A DNA stretch of 64,000 nucleotides from Felis catus (lineage: Eukaryota): positions 1,676,001-1,740,000 of the forward strand of contig NC_058369.1 of the NCBI RefSeq assembly GCF_018350175.1, given 5' to 3'. The position numbers and the translations under genes are program-made. The notes under the pieces are model-generated. The model ran no database searches, was not told where the DNA came from, and was given only the letters and a program-made list of their open reading frames with translations. Below, piece after piece: positions 50,443 to 61,848 of the stretch (positions are counted from its first letter, which is position 1; each line of letters opens with the position of its first letter).

Positions 50443-50576
50443 CTGCTGTCCTCAGTGGGGCGATCCTGGCCCCACCCCCTCAATGCCAGGAGCCCCCCAG
50501 CTGTGACAACCACAGATGTCCCCAGATACCGTCCAGTGTCCCCTGGGCCAGAGCTGCCTTTAGTTGGAAAATGCTG
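50443..50576. mobile_element. Rearranged MER20 with two inverted left ends
   Basis: ctcagtggggcgatcctggcccc (left end, +) joined to ctcaatgccagg...accacagatgtcccc...cccctggg (left half, -). Confidence 0.6.
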
Positions 50577-51084
50577 GCCTGGACCAGGAACCGGGCTCCT
50601 CCAGGGAGGCTGAGTTGACCCACGGTGGGGGGGCTAAGCCTGCACTTGCCTCTGCGGCCCCCACCCTGCCTTGGGGGTTGGGAGCCTCGGCCCCTGCGTC
50701 AGCCAGGTCGGCGTGGGACCAGCCCAGACAGAGGGGCTCATCCCCCCTTCTGCCTCCGACGCTCCTGCCCACCCGCGGGGGTTGGCGTGGACGTCCCCTC
50801 TCCAGAGACCTCCCTGGACCCCCGGCTGCAGAGTCTGTCTTCCCGGCCCCTCATCGCCAGGTCGCCAGCACATCTCCCAGGTCGGGTAATGACGACCGAC
50901 CGTCCGCAGCACGTGACAGCCGTTGGGTCAGGACTCGCTGACTCGCCTGGTCGTTCACCCCTCTTTCCCTGCCCAGCTCCTGCCTGTTCACCCCGACGCC
51001 TGGTCCCCAGGGCGGAGCACCCCCCTCCTCCGACTGCAGACCGCAGCCTCCAACCTCACTTTCCTTCCTTCCGGACATGTTTTT

Positions 51085-51290
51085 AAATGGAGTTTTCAGT
51101 TGGAATAATTTGGGATTTACAGAAAACTGGCAGAGACAGAAGAGAGAGCTCCGTCCGCCCTCCAACCAGCACCCCTCGTGGGAGCACCGTTCCTCCCAGG
51201 GCGCGTCTGTCACAGTGATGTGGCCACGCCTGACAAGCGTGACCATCCTGTCTCTGTGGCGTCCTCGGCTCTGTCCCAGTCCCTCGGGTT
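51085..51290 (-). mobile_element. L1MC-type 3' end fragment
   Basis: ttggaataatttgggatttacagaaaactggcaga. Confidence 0.5.
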
Positions 51291-51446
51291 TTCCTTGCTA
51301 CCTTCTCAGCAAATCTGAGTGACTTTTCACTTAATAAAGTGTCATTTAGCATTTTTTATTGTTGTTTCTAAGTCAATTTATAAAACTTAAATATCTTCTC
51401 AGTTTTAACTTTGAGTCCACTGACTTGATGAATAGAACGCGCACGA

Positions 51447-51654
51447 GGGGCGCCTGGGGGCTCAGCTGGCTGGGTGTCCGACTCTTGGTTTCGGCTCAGG
51501 TCATGACCCCAGGGTCGGGGGATCGAGGCCCACATCAGGCTCCTCGCTGAGTACAGAGCCTGCTTGGGATTCTCTCTTTCTCTCTCTCTCTTCCTCTGCC
51601 TCTCTCCCTCACTCACTCGCTCTCTCAAAAAATAAAAATAAATAAGTAAATAAA
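51447..51654 (+). mobile_element. Can-SINE (SINEC_Fc2-like)
   Basis: Head, (ct)n, A-rich tail; TSD aatagaacgcgcacga/aatagaacctgcaaga. Confidence 0.92.
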
Positions 51655-51772
51655 AATAGAACCTGCAAGAAACAAAAACTCTTTGGAGTCTTCAGGACCC
51701 GGATTTGAGAACTTCTGTCCTAAAGCAGGGTCAGAAGACCAGGACCCTTCATGCGGTTCTGCACAGAGTCTC

Positions 51773-51997
51773 TTTTTTTTTTTTTAGGTTTACTTATTTT
51801 TGAGAGAGAGAGAGACAGACAGAGACAGAGTGTGAGTGGGGGAGGGGCAGAGAGAGAGGGAGACACGGAATCCCAAGCAGGCTCCAGGCTCCGAACTGTC
51901 AGCACAGAGCCCGACGCGGGGCTCGAACCCACGAACCGCGAGATCGTGACCTGAGCCGAAGTCGGACGCTCAACCGACTGAGCCACCCGGGTGCCCC
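51773..51997 (-). mobile_element. Felid Can-SINE
   Basis: Poly(T), (ga)n, gagcccgacgcggggctcgaacccacgaacc...gagccacccgggtgcccc. Confidence 0.95.
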
Positions 51998-52004
51998 TTG
52001 CTCA

Positions 52005-52162
52005 CAAAGTCTTAATGGCATGTGGCCACATCAACCTGTTGTCTCTGGCAGCTTCCGTGCTGCAAGGGCAATGCTGAGTTGTTACAACGGAGACTTTCCA
52101 GCCTGCAAAGGTTAAAAATACTTAAGGCATAGCCCTCCCCAGAAAAAGGTGGCCACCCTCGG
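52005..52162. mobile_element. MER58 fragment
   Basis: ttgtctctggcagcttcc...agttgttacaacggagac...cagaaaaaggtggccaccc. Confidence 0.55.
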
Positions 52163-52304
52163 TCTAGATTACAGCAAGTCTGTACTGGTGCTTGTACACA
52201 GCAGGTCCACGCCTTACCAGAGCACAGGCCCTCGCAGATGCTGGAATATTGTCAAGGTACTCATCACATAACATCTTTTAAGGCAAATGCCACTGTGGAA
52301 CATA

Positions 52305-52905
52305 TTGACCCGTGAACAGGAGCGAGGCGCCCACCCCCGCTGCCCCGCGGGCAGACCCCTAACACACGACACTCAGAGAGGGAACCAGACACGAGAGGCC
52401 ACACGGGGTGTGAGTCCACGTGTGTGAAAGGTCCAGAACAGACTCATCCACGGACGGAAGGGGGTTCGTGGGGGCTGGGGGTGATGGGGGCTGGGGGTGA
52501 TAGTTGATGGGGATGGGGTTGCTTTTTGGGCTGATGGAATTAAATAATGCAATGGTTAAACAAGCATGTAAATGCACTAAAACACACTGAACTATACGCT
52601 TTAAAAGGGTGAATTGGGGGCACCTGGGTGGCTCAGTCGCTTAAGTGGCCGACTTCGGCTCAGGTCACGATCTCACGGTCCATGAGTTTGAGCCCCGCGT
52701 CGGGCTCTGTGCTGACAGCTCAGAGCCTGGAGCCTGTTTCGGATTCTGTGTCTCCCTCTCTCTGACCCTCCCCCATTCATGCTCTGTCTCTCTCTGTCTC
52801 AAAAATAAATGTTAAAAAAATTTTTTTTTAATTAAAAAAATAATAATAAAAAAATCAAAGGGTGAATTGTGTGGTGAGTGGATTATATCTCAACAAAGCT
52901 GTTAT
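52305..52905 (+). mobile_element. L1MB-type 3' end (carries group A tract), interrupted by a SINE
   Basis: cactgaactatacgctttaaaagggtgaatt...attatatctcaacaaagctgtt. Confidence 0.85.
52617..52856 (+). mobile_element. Felid SINE (SINEC_Fc)
   Basis: Perfect TSD aaagggtgaattg at 52604-52616 and 52857-52869. Confidence 0.96.
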
Positions 52906-53610
52906 CAAAACATTTTTTTAACCCACAGAATTAAGAAAACAGCCAATAGGCCTGCACTTCGGCTCCCGCTGCTCTGTGTCCCCTCCATGCACCAGGTCTG
53001 GCCCCCGCTGCCCTCCCCCCACTGCTATCCACACCACAGACACACTTTCGGCCCCCACCCAACCCAGAGCAGGGTCCACCCCAAGGGGACACTCGGCCAT
53101 GAGAACAACAGGACACAGAAAAGGGGAAAAAAGTCAAGATCGCTCTCTCTCTCCAAGCAAATTAGGAAGATCTCGGGCAAGAATGCAGCATTTCCAAGCC
53201 ATTAAGAGCAAAAGAGAAGATTTCCAGGAACATCCCAGCCGTGGGAGGGCTCCCTGGGCCACGGTGGCAGCCACCTTCCTCATGCCATCGGCACCCCTGG
53301 CTGGGAGCTGGAGCTGCACCCTCCCAGCTGGGTTTCCGCCTTCCTTTATAAAAGGGGTGAAGGATGGGGTGAAGGCTCCCCTGCTGGCAGAGGGCCCCGA
53401 AGGTCGGAGCATAGCTCGGCTAAGTGACTTGCAAACAGAGGCCCACCTATGTGGCTTTGACCGGCTCTGGGGCCGCCTCCTGGGGCGACCCAGCCCCCCC
53501 TTCCCTCGGGCACAGCCTTCCTTACTGAGGACAGAGTCCAGCCCCCTTCCCATGGTGCACTGAATAACGACCCCCCCAGACTCATGCCCACAGGAGCCTC
53601 AGAAGGTGCC

Positions 53611-53920
53611 TGACACGAACCGAATTGTGTCCCCCAGATTCCTATGTTGAAGCCCTAACCCCCGATGTGATCATGGTTGGAGATGGGGCCTTATAAGAGG
53701 TGATCGATTTAAACGAGGTTACAAGGGCGGCCCCGGTCTGCACAGAATGACGGCCCTGCGGGGACACGGCGAGAGGTCAGAATCTGCACACCCAGGAGAG
53801 CGGCCTCAGCAGGACCCAGCCCTGACGACAGCCTGGTCTCAGACCTCCCGCCTCTAGAACCGTGAGGACAGACACTTCACTGTTTAGCTGCCCCCTCAGT
53901 GGGACTTGGTTAGAGCAGCT
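53611..53920 (+). mobile_element. MLT1A0-like LTR
   Basis: gtgtcccccagattcctatgttgaagccctaaccccc...ggagatggggcctt...gcctctagaaccgtgag. Confidence 0.8.
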
Positions 53921-54229
53921 GGGGCTCTGGGGACCTTATCTGAACATGGGCAAAGTCTCTGCAGGTGTGACTGGTTCGATTAACATGAGACCATGCAGGA
54001 TCAGGGTGGGCCCCCACCTGGGGGGTCTGGTGTCCTTATCGGAAGAGAGACACACAGGGAGAGGCAGGCGCTGCGGGGACAGGCCACGGGCTGCTGGGCC
54101 CCCAGGAACTGGAGGAGGGGGGAGGAACCATCCCCTGGAACCTCTGGAGGGAGCTTGGCCCCACCACACTGTGACCTCAGCCATATGGCCCCGGAACGTG
54201 GGAGAACGAAATTCTGCGTTTAAAAAAAA

Positions 54230-54337
54230 AATGTTTACTTTTGAAAGACAGAGAGAGTAGAGGGGGAGAGAGAGAATCCCAAGCGGGCTCCACCCGGAAC
54301 TGATATCAAGAGTCAGATGCTCAACCGAAATGCTCCC
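54230..54337 (-). mobile_element. Degenerate Can-SINE
   Basis: gagagagaatcccaagcgggctcc...atcaagagtcagatgctcaaccga; TSD aaattctg...ttt. Confidence 0.75.
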
Positions 54338-54612
54338 AAAATTCTGTGGTTTTAAGCCCCCTGGTTTGTGGTCTTTTGTCACAGTGGCCCCAGGACACTG
54401 GCACACGCCTCTCTGGTCTCCCCCCAACCCCACGCCGACTGCATAGGAGGAGCCAGCTCAACCCACCGCGTCTTCAAGAAACCACTCGGAGTATCTGCGC
54501 GTGCCCTCACCCACCCTTGGCCGCGGAAGCACCCCCACTCCCCTAGGTGGCTGCCACCTGGTGCCTTTTCCGGATTGCTTTTCAAAAACATTCTGTTGTA
54601 ATTTTGATGGGC

Positions 54613-54890
54613 TGTATCAGTCCCTTCCGGCTGCCAACGCAGAACGCCACGGACAAGGCGCCTTAAGCCGCAGGCCTCACTTCTCACTTCAGGAGCCTGG
54701 AAGTATGAGATCACGGCTCCGGGCAGGGTCCCTGGTAAGGGTGCACTTCCTCGCGGGCAGACTCCTCGCTGTGGCCCACCGCGGGGCCCCACCCTCAGGA
54801 CCTCACCCGACAGCATCACCTCCCCCCCCCCACCCCCCTCCTCAGGGCGTCCACGCACAAATTCGGGGGATGCAAACACTGGGTCCCTGA
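54613..54890 (-). mobile_element. MLT1A-like LTR
   Basis: tgtatcagtc...ttctcac...ctggaagtatgagatca...ccccaccctcaggacct...aattcggggga. Confidence 0.6.
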
Positions 54891-55419
54891 CGTGGGGGTA
54901 CGTCATCATCATCAAACGCCCACTACGTGCAGGCCAGGACCCGGGCCGGCGCGGGTGGGCAGGTCCCCTGTGGCTCCACCCCCTGGCAGGTGAGCTGACC
55001 TGGTGCCCTGCGCACACGGGCCCGTGGGCCTGGCACTCCCCTGCCCCACTTTGTGCTTTGCAGGGGTGCACCTCCCCCTGCCGGAACTCAGCCAGCAACT
55101 CTGCCTGGAAGGAGACGGAGCGTGTCCCGGAGAGACCCCGACGCCGGCCATGGTGGCCGCTTCCAGGCAGGGTGGCCGAGAGCACAAGGGGAGGGGGACG
55201 CCATTCTCCTCCTGTGTCATTTGCACCTTGGGAGCTTTTGTTCCAGGGCACGCTTATTTGTGCAAAAAGCCTGTATTTCCTCCGAGGGCTGTGCGGGTCC
55301 AAGTGGGGGCGGGTGAGGGAGAAGTCACATCTTGGATTCCGCAGCTCAGAAGGGGCTCCCCTGTGTCCTGGGGGGCAGACCCGTGACCTGGGGTGACGTG
55401 TCAAACCAAAACGGAAAGG

Positions 55420-55930
55420 TATTTTATCCCCAAAAGAATTCCAAGCAGGGACTCAAACAGGTAGTTTCACCCCCACGTTCATAGCAGCGCGATTCACAGC
55501 AGCCGCAAAAAGGGTGGAGACAACCCGTGTCCATCCGTGGATGAAGGACAAACGCGGTGTGTCCATCCACATGCTGAAGTAGGATCCAGTCTCAGGAAGG
55601 AAGGACGTCCTGCCACCTGCCACCGCGTGGACGGACCCGGAGGACACTGTGCGTGGTGACAGGAGCCAGACACAGAAGGACACGTCCCGCGTGACCCCAC
55701 GCACAGGGGGTCCCCAGAGGAGTCCCGTCCACCGAGTCAGAGAATAGACGGTGGGAGCCAGGGGTGGGGCAGGGGCGGGGAGTCCCTGCTTCATGGGGAC
55801 AGGGTCTCGGTCTGGGGAGATGGAAAGTTCTGGAGACGGGTGGCGGGATGGCGGGGACGGCTGCACGACAGTGTGAGTGTGCCTGATGCCGCTGAGCTGT
55901 GCACTTAGACGTGGTTAGGATCATGAATTT
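55420..55930 (+). mobile_element. L1MB/L1MA-type 3' end (carries group B tract)
   Basis: agcagggactcaaacag...gttcatagcagc...gagatggaaagttctggaga. Confidence 0.85.
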
Positions 55931-55952
55931 TTTGTAAAGTTTGCTCCTTTAT

Positions 55953-55955
<3 letters not shown>

Positions 55956-55996
<41 letters not shown>
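55956..55996 (+). repeat. (GA)n microsatellite, probably a SINE tail remnant
   Basis: About 20 ga units preceded by tttattttga. Confidence 0.9.
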
Positions 55997-56002
<6 letters not shown>

Positions 56003-57186
56003 AGTGCTTCAAGTGCTCATGAGGCCGTCTCTGTCCCCAGTTTGTCATGTGTGGCACAATGTGGCCTGTGCACAAACGTGGCAGCCCTGGTGGCCTCGTG
56101 GTGCAGGTGACTGTCCCCAGCCGCCCCCTCTGCTGGGCTCCCTCCAGGAGCAAGCCGGTCTTCGGGGAAGCGTGCACAGACCAGCTCTGGCAACCTTCCC
56201 TGGTAGGTGCCAGGAAGGGGGTGCAGGTGGCGGCCAAGGAACCGCAGTCCCTCCCCTCCCAGCGTCCCAGGTGTTCACCTGGAATGCAGAGGCCCGCCCC
56301 GAGGACAGGAAAACAAGGCCAGCTCGGGACACACAGCTGCCGCCTGCGGCCGTCCTTCCTGGGGGATGCGGGCCGGACCCGCGGAAGGGGGACTCCATTC
56401 GCTGCTTTCCCAAGGGCGTGGGGGCTCCCGGCCAGGGGCACGTTCTGTCCCCATGGTTCTGACACTTCCTTCTCGCCCGGCCAGAGGGAAGGACGCTGGG
56501 ACAAGAGCAGGGGTCCAGGGCTCACCGCCAACCTGCCGAAGGGCGGGGGGCCTCTCACGCAGCCCTGACGTTTCCACGGATACCGGAGAAGCTGGAGGGA
56601 GGAGGGAGGCAGGGCCCAAAGACGCAGGGCTCTGGGGAGTGACCCCCAATGACCGCAGGCGGAAGGGACTCACTGCCCGTGCACCCAGGCCTGGGGAGCT
56701 GCGCCCTCACGGACTCCCTGCAACAACCCGGGGCGTCAGGGTGGAAGCCGGTTTCACCGAAGGGCAGGTGAGGGCTGAGCTCCCCGGGCCTGGCTCTGAG
56801 GCCCACTCCCAGCCCCAAGCTGGCCTGGCCAGCAGCACCGTGGAAACAGCCCTAAAGCCCCCGGGGACCTCTGCCCGCCATCGCTGGGGTGACTGGGCAC
56901 CCTCACCTCTGCACCTCAATTTCCTAATCTGGAAAACATGCTCAGTCTGTCGTTGCCACGGGTGGGCCTGGAACCCTCTGCCCTTGGCCTCCCTGCTCCC
57001 TCTCCCTCAGCCTGTGCCGTCGGTCCTGGCAACGGCCTCAGCTCCCGTGCCCCTGGAGGGTCCCCCTGCATCCAGTCAGCTCCAGGGCCTTATCAACCTC
57101 AACTCGGACCTCACTTCCTCCAGGAAGGCCTCCCTGAATACCTGCTCTCACTCCGAGGCAGTATTGTCAGCCATCAGCTCTCTCAC

Positions 57187-57350
57187 CTGGGGTCTCACCC
57201 AGGGCAGTCCTGCCCCAGGGGACACCGAGTGAGGCAGGGACATCTGTAGCTGCCACGACTGGGGGACCTCCTGGCGTCGAGTGGATGGGGCCCTGGATGC
57301 TGCTACCCCACTCCCCAGTGCCCCGCTGGCTACCCCATGGCACCAGGACA
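57187..57350 (+). mobile_element. MER20
   Basis: cctgccccaggggacac...ggacatctgtagctgccacgactggggg...ctcctggcgtcgagtgg...ggatgctgcta. Confidence 0.75.
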
Positions 57351-58004
57351 CAGAAGGGACACAGAGGGCCTGATTAACGGTTTGCCAGGTATGACCCCAG
57401 CTGGAGTCCCCACTGCTGTCTGTCTTCCCGCGTAGTCTGCGTGCCTATCCTCACACCTGCACCCCCGGCCCCTGTCAAGGACACACACCGGGAGCACTGC
57501 CAGACCTGGCCCTCTGTCCCTCCGGCCGCCGCTGGCTTGGCGGGCCTGCCTCCCGAGGGCCAGAGGGCGCCTGGCTCCCGCCCCGAGAGCCTGCCTCCCG
57601 CAGGAGCAGAGCTCGGCTCAGCGGGAACATTCGTCAGGGAGCCAGGGAACGGCATGTCACATTCCGGGAGGCTAATGAGCTCAGACCTCAGCTCCGGCAA
57701 TGACTCCGCCAAGGAAGCTGCACGTGATCATTACTCGTCCCGGGTTCTGCTCACTGTCCCTGACGTGTCACTGGTCCCGCTCGCAGGCTCGCCTCTCTGT
57801 GCGGGAGGTCAGGCGAGGACTGTCCCAGGGCCGCCTTCCCCCCTTCGTTCACCCACTCGCTGAACCCCCGCGAGGGGTCGGACGAAACCCCCGACCTGCA
57901 GGTTCCACAACTGGGCCCGGAGGACAGACGCGGCTCGTCTGAATGTCACAGAACACTTAAGGTACTTGGCCCCTCTGCCACGATCTTCTCATCCATGAAA
58001 TGGG

Positions 58005-58225
58005 GACAACTGGGCCCTCAACTCAGGTCTCACGGGCCCGAAATCAAGGGACTGGCCGGGCCGAGCTCTCATCTGGAACTCGGGACCCCCGGCCAGCTCG
58101 TGTGAGCGGCTGGCAGAATCCACTCCCCTGTGGGACTCAGGTCCCCGTTCTCCTCCTGGCTGCCGGACGGCGTTTGCTCCGAGTGTTCCTGACGTGGCCG
58201 CTTGCTTTCTTCAAGGCCAGCACAT
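58005..58225 (-). mobile_element. MLT1 (E/F-like) LTR fragment
   Basis: ggtctcacggg...gaaatcaagg...tggcagaatccactcccctg...cttcaaggccagca. Confidence 0.55.
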
Positions 58226-58717
58226 TGCTACTGCCGCTGCTCTGCTCTGTCTCCGTCTCTCTCATTTTGGCAAAACCCAACAAACACACGCCTCCACGTC
58301 ACCCGTCGTCATGTGTCCAGGCCGTTAGTGGCAAGGGGATTCCTATCAGTGTGCAGTGGGCGCCTTCAGCCTTTTTATCCCATCGAGGCAGAGACACCTG
58401 TGTCTGTTTCCCGGGCCTCCGCCCGCCGGCCCGACACACGCCAGCGACCAGAGCTCTCTCCACCTGACGGACGTGTAACAGTCCCGCACGCGCCTCCAGG
58501 AGGCAAAGCCAAATCTGCGCGTGCGCTGAATGGCTGGGAACCGCACACGCCGGGTCCCCACGCCAATTTCCCGGTTTAGCACCACAGTGACGAGAGATGC
58601 TGCCCCTGGGGGAAGCGGGACGGAGGGGGTACGGGATCAGGCCTCAGGAGTGACTGTGACTTCCAATGGATCTGTAATTATTTCAAAATACAAGTGTTTT
58701 AACAATTCGGTGAAGCG

Positions 58718-58862
58718 ATGGCACCCGGGCGGCTCACGGTGTTGTGGGTTCGAGCCCCGCGTCGGGCTCTGTGTTGACCGCATGGAGCCTGCTTGGGATT
58801 CTCAACCTCTCTCTGTCCCTGTCTCTGTCTCTCTGTCTCTCTCCAAATTAAAAAAATAAAAA
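58718..58862 (+). mobile_element. Can-SINE with internal deletion
   Basis: gggttcgagccccgcgtcgggctctgtg...gagcctgcttgggattctc; A-rich tail. Confidence 0.88.
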
Positions 58863-59067
58863 CCAGGCGAAGCTGTGAGTACATTCGGGTGTAACTGGGA
58901 CAAAGCAGGCCGTGCATTCCGCAAACGCGCCCTTTCTCTCCCAGTCCTGACCCCCCAGTCCCGGTGATGCTGCCAGCACGGAGGGGGCGGACGAGGCATC
59001 ACCTGCTCAGCCCGGGGCGAGGCTTTGGGCTGGCTGTCTTGAAGGAGTACACTCCCTTCTTTCCCTT

Positions 59068-59906
59068 TGTGGCCGACAGGATTCTAAGAGCCCCAAATCC
59101 CTGCTCCCTGGTGAACACGCTGTGTAGACCAACCTTCAGTGTGGACAGGACCCGGGAACATGGTAAGATACTATTTCCTGCTGAGGCTATTTGGGGTTTT
59201 TTTGTTTGTTTGTTTGTTTTTAGAGAGAGACAAAAGGAGCACACACATGCACAAGCAGGGAAGAGGCAGAGAGAGAGAGAGCGAGAGCGATAGCGAGAGA
59301 GTCTCAAGCAGGCTCCATGTGGCACGGAGCCCGACACAGGGACCAAGCCCGTAACACTGGAATCACGACCTGAGCCAAATCGAGAGTTGGATACTTAACC
59401 GACTGAGCCACCCAGGCGCCCCATGCTTAGGCTATTTTGTATGGAAGAAGGGGTTTGAGTGACGTAGTTAAGCCCCCAGATCGGTTGACTTTGAATTAAT
59501 AAAAAAAGGGAACACACGTGGGTGGGCCTGGCCTAATCAGGTGAACCCTTCAACGGGTCAGAGACCTTCCGGACGTAAGAGACTGGAAGCAGGAGGGGGC
59601 CAGTGGAGGAGACCATGTGGCCCCTGAGAGTCTAGGGTGGCCCTTTGCTGGCCGCTAGCAAGGCAGCAGGGATCGCAGTCTGATGACAAAGAAACTGAAC
59701 CCTGACGACAGACCGAGTGAACCTGGAGGCAGGTCCTTTCTCAGTCAAGCCTCAGTGACACCTCAACGCTGCCCAAGCCCGGTGAGGCCCTGGGCACAGA
59801 TGCCAGCCACGCAGTCCACACCGCTGCCCTGCAGACCCAGGAGCGGATAAGCCGCGTGGAGCTCGCTGTGTGTGGTGATGTTACGCAGCCCCGGCTAGCT
59901 AACACA
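59068..59906 (+). mobile_element. MLT1E-like LTR interrupted by a SINE
   Basis: gattctaaga...ggttgactttgaattaat...gggtgggcctggcctaatcaggtga...gttacgcagc...ctaacaca. Confidence 0.8.
59197..59422 (-). mobile_element. Can-SINE
   Basis: cttaaccgactgagccacccaggcgcccc; TSD tgctgaggctattt/tgcttaggctattt. Confidence 0.92.
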
Positions 59907-60934
59907 CTCTAGGTGACGGCTCTCCCATCACTTTCACGTTCGGTCACACACGACGGATGCTCCTTTCGCTCGGAAACTCCAAGGCCGTGGGGAGCGGGGA
60001 GCCGGGAATCGTGCACGGAGCCCAAGACAGGTCTTTATTACAAAGCCCGGTACCAGCCCTCCAAAGGCCTCCCCTCCGGTTGCCATCACATGGGGGGCAC
60101 CTGCGACAGTTAGAGAGCACCGTCTGTGGCAGTCTGTGGCAATCGAGGCAAGCACCCCGCCCCCCACCCCACACCTGCATCTCCCGCACCTGCTCAGGCC
60201 TCCGCCGCCGGGCTGATGTCGGCCCCGGAGTCCCTCTTGCTGCCTCCTGCTACTGAGCACGTCTCCAGGCCGTCCCTTCCCCTCTGTCCTGCGTACCCCG
60301 ACCCTGCCCTGGGGGCTTCCGCAGACAGATGTGAGCAGTGAGCCCAGCGGGGCCCAGGCGCACGGACGTTTGCTGACCGAATGATTGGGAGGGAAGGAAA
60401 ATAAGGAACCGACAACCCACCGGCTCCAAGGGAATCAGGCCGAGAATGGACCCTGGGGAGATGCGGGACCCCCGTGCCCACCCAGGGGAGGCCCTCGCGG
60501 CTTCCACCCGGCTCCCGGCTCCCCCGCCCCCACCTTCCTGTCCCACGTGACTGTCGCCCTGTGTGTTTTGAGTCGAGAGGCTGCAGTTTGATGAGTAGCG
60601 AGCGGGGCGTGTGCGCACCGCGCCCTGCCCCGAGGGAGGCCGACTGTGCCAGCGGTTGCCCAGCAAACGTGCCCGCGATGCGTGGCCTCCGCTCCTGAGT
60701 TGCCACTGGGCTGCTCCGCTCCAGCAGCCCCACGGACGGGTCCCCTGCCCCGGTGATCTCCCACGTGAGACTCCCTGGGTCTGCGTTGCCAAATCAGTAA
60801 AATCCGACGGAAACCTGTGGTGTGCCTTGGCCCGCAGGGTCAGGAAGACGGCTTGGGTGGGACCCAGGCAGTGACGCACGTGGACAGTGGGGCCGGACCC
60901 TGACTCCCTGTGGGAGCCGAGAATCCTGCACAGC

Positions 60935-61115
60935 CGGGACCTCTCGCCTCGCCACGGCGGACACTGGGGCAGGCCACTGTCTGGGGGTGTCCTGGGCGCT
61001 GTGGCGGCGGAGCAGTATCCCTGGGCCCCCCGCTCGATGCCAGGAGCTTCCCGGTCGTGACGGCCACAGACCTCCCAGGACGCGGGCCCCTGGGAGAGCC
61101 CCGGGGAGAGCCTGG
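60935..61115 (-). mobile_element. MER20
   Basis: gtgtcctgggcgctgt...agcagtatccctgg...ctcgatgccaggagc...gtgacggccacaga. Confidence 0.75.
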
Positions 61116-61671
61116 GTTAGAGGGTCAAGCTCACGTCGGAGCCACCGCTGCTGCCTTGGGAAGGGCCCACGTCCTGTCTGCCGGATCGGAGCTGCGGGCT
61201 ACGGGATGAGGGTCTCAGGCACCGCGGGCTGCGGCAGGGCCCCCTGGGCCCGCTTCACACGGCACCGCCTGACTATGCATGCGCCGTGTACGTTTCTGCT
61301 GGAAAGGCAGCGGCAGCCCGTGACCTTTCGTGAGCAGAACGCTTTAAGATTTTGACTGTGGGTCTTGGCAGTTTGTGCAGGAGGACAGCTCGTCCGCAGA
61401 AAGAACTGATAATAACGTGCATTTCCACGAGCCTGGGAAGGACTTGAGGCGGGGAACCAGCCGGGGGTGGCGGGGGCAGCGGGCTCTGACTGGAGGGCTG
61501 GGGCTGCGGTCTGATCCGCTCGAGGACCACTCCAGAGATAAAAGGCTCCGACGGTGCCCTCGGCAGGAATGTTCACCCGCTCCCGGGAGAACAAGCGGCA
61601 GTCAGGAAAACACACTCAGTCGTTTGAAGGTCACGGAGTGCTTTTGTGCTCTACGCAGCCGGTCCTTGTCC

Positions 61672-61848
61672 GGGCGCTCTCCCCCTCCCTCCGCACCATG
61701 GGCATCACGGCCGGCCACTCTGTCGGGGCTGAGCAGAGACCCTGGCCCCTAGTCCCTCGATGCTACACCCCTAGTATGACAACCACAGATGGCCCCGGAC
61801 ACAGCCCAGTGTCCCCTGGGGACAAGACGGCCCCCAATGAAGAATCAG
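61672..61848 (-). mobile_element. MER20
   Basis: ccctcgatgc...tgacaaccacagatggccccggacacagcccagtgtcccctgggg. Confidence 0.8.

Larger units (their letters stand above)
53552..54405 (+). mobile_element. MLT1C-like LTR with nested MLT1A and SINE
   Basis: ctgaataacgacccccc; resumes gaccttat...ctctgcaggtgt; ends ttttaagccccctggtttgtgg...tgtcacagtggccccagga. Confidence 0.65.

Noticed and set aside
54379..57232. Two 341-aa ORFs (54379-55404 minus, 56207-57232 plus)
   Set aside because: Overlap LTR or MER20 remnants, compositionally biased, no domain recognised.
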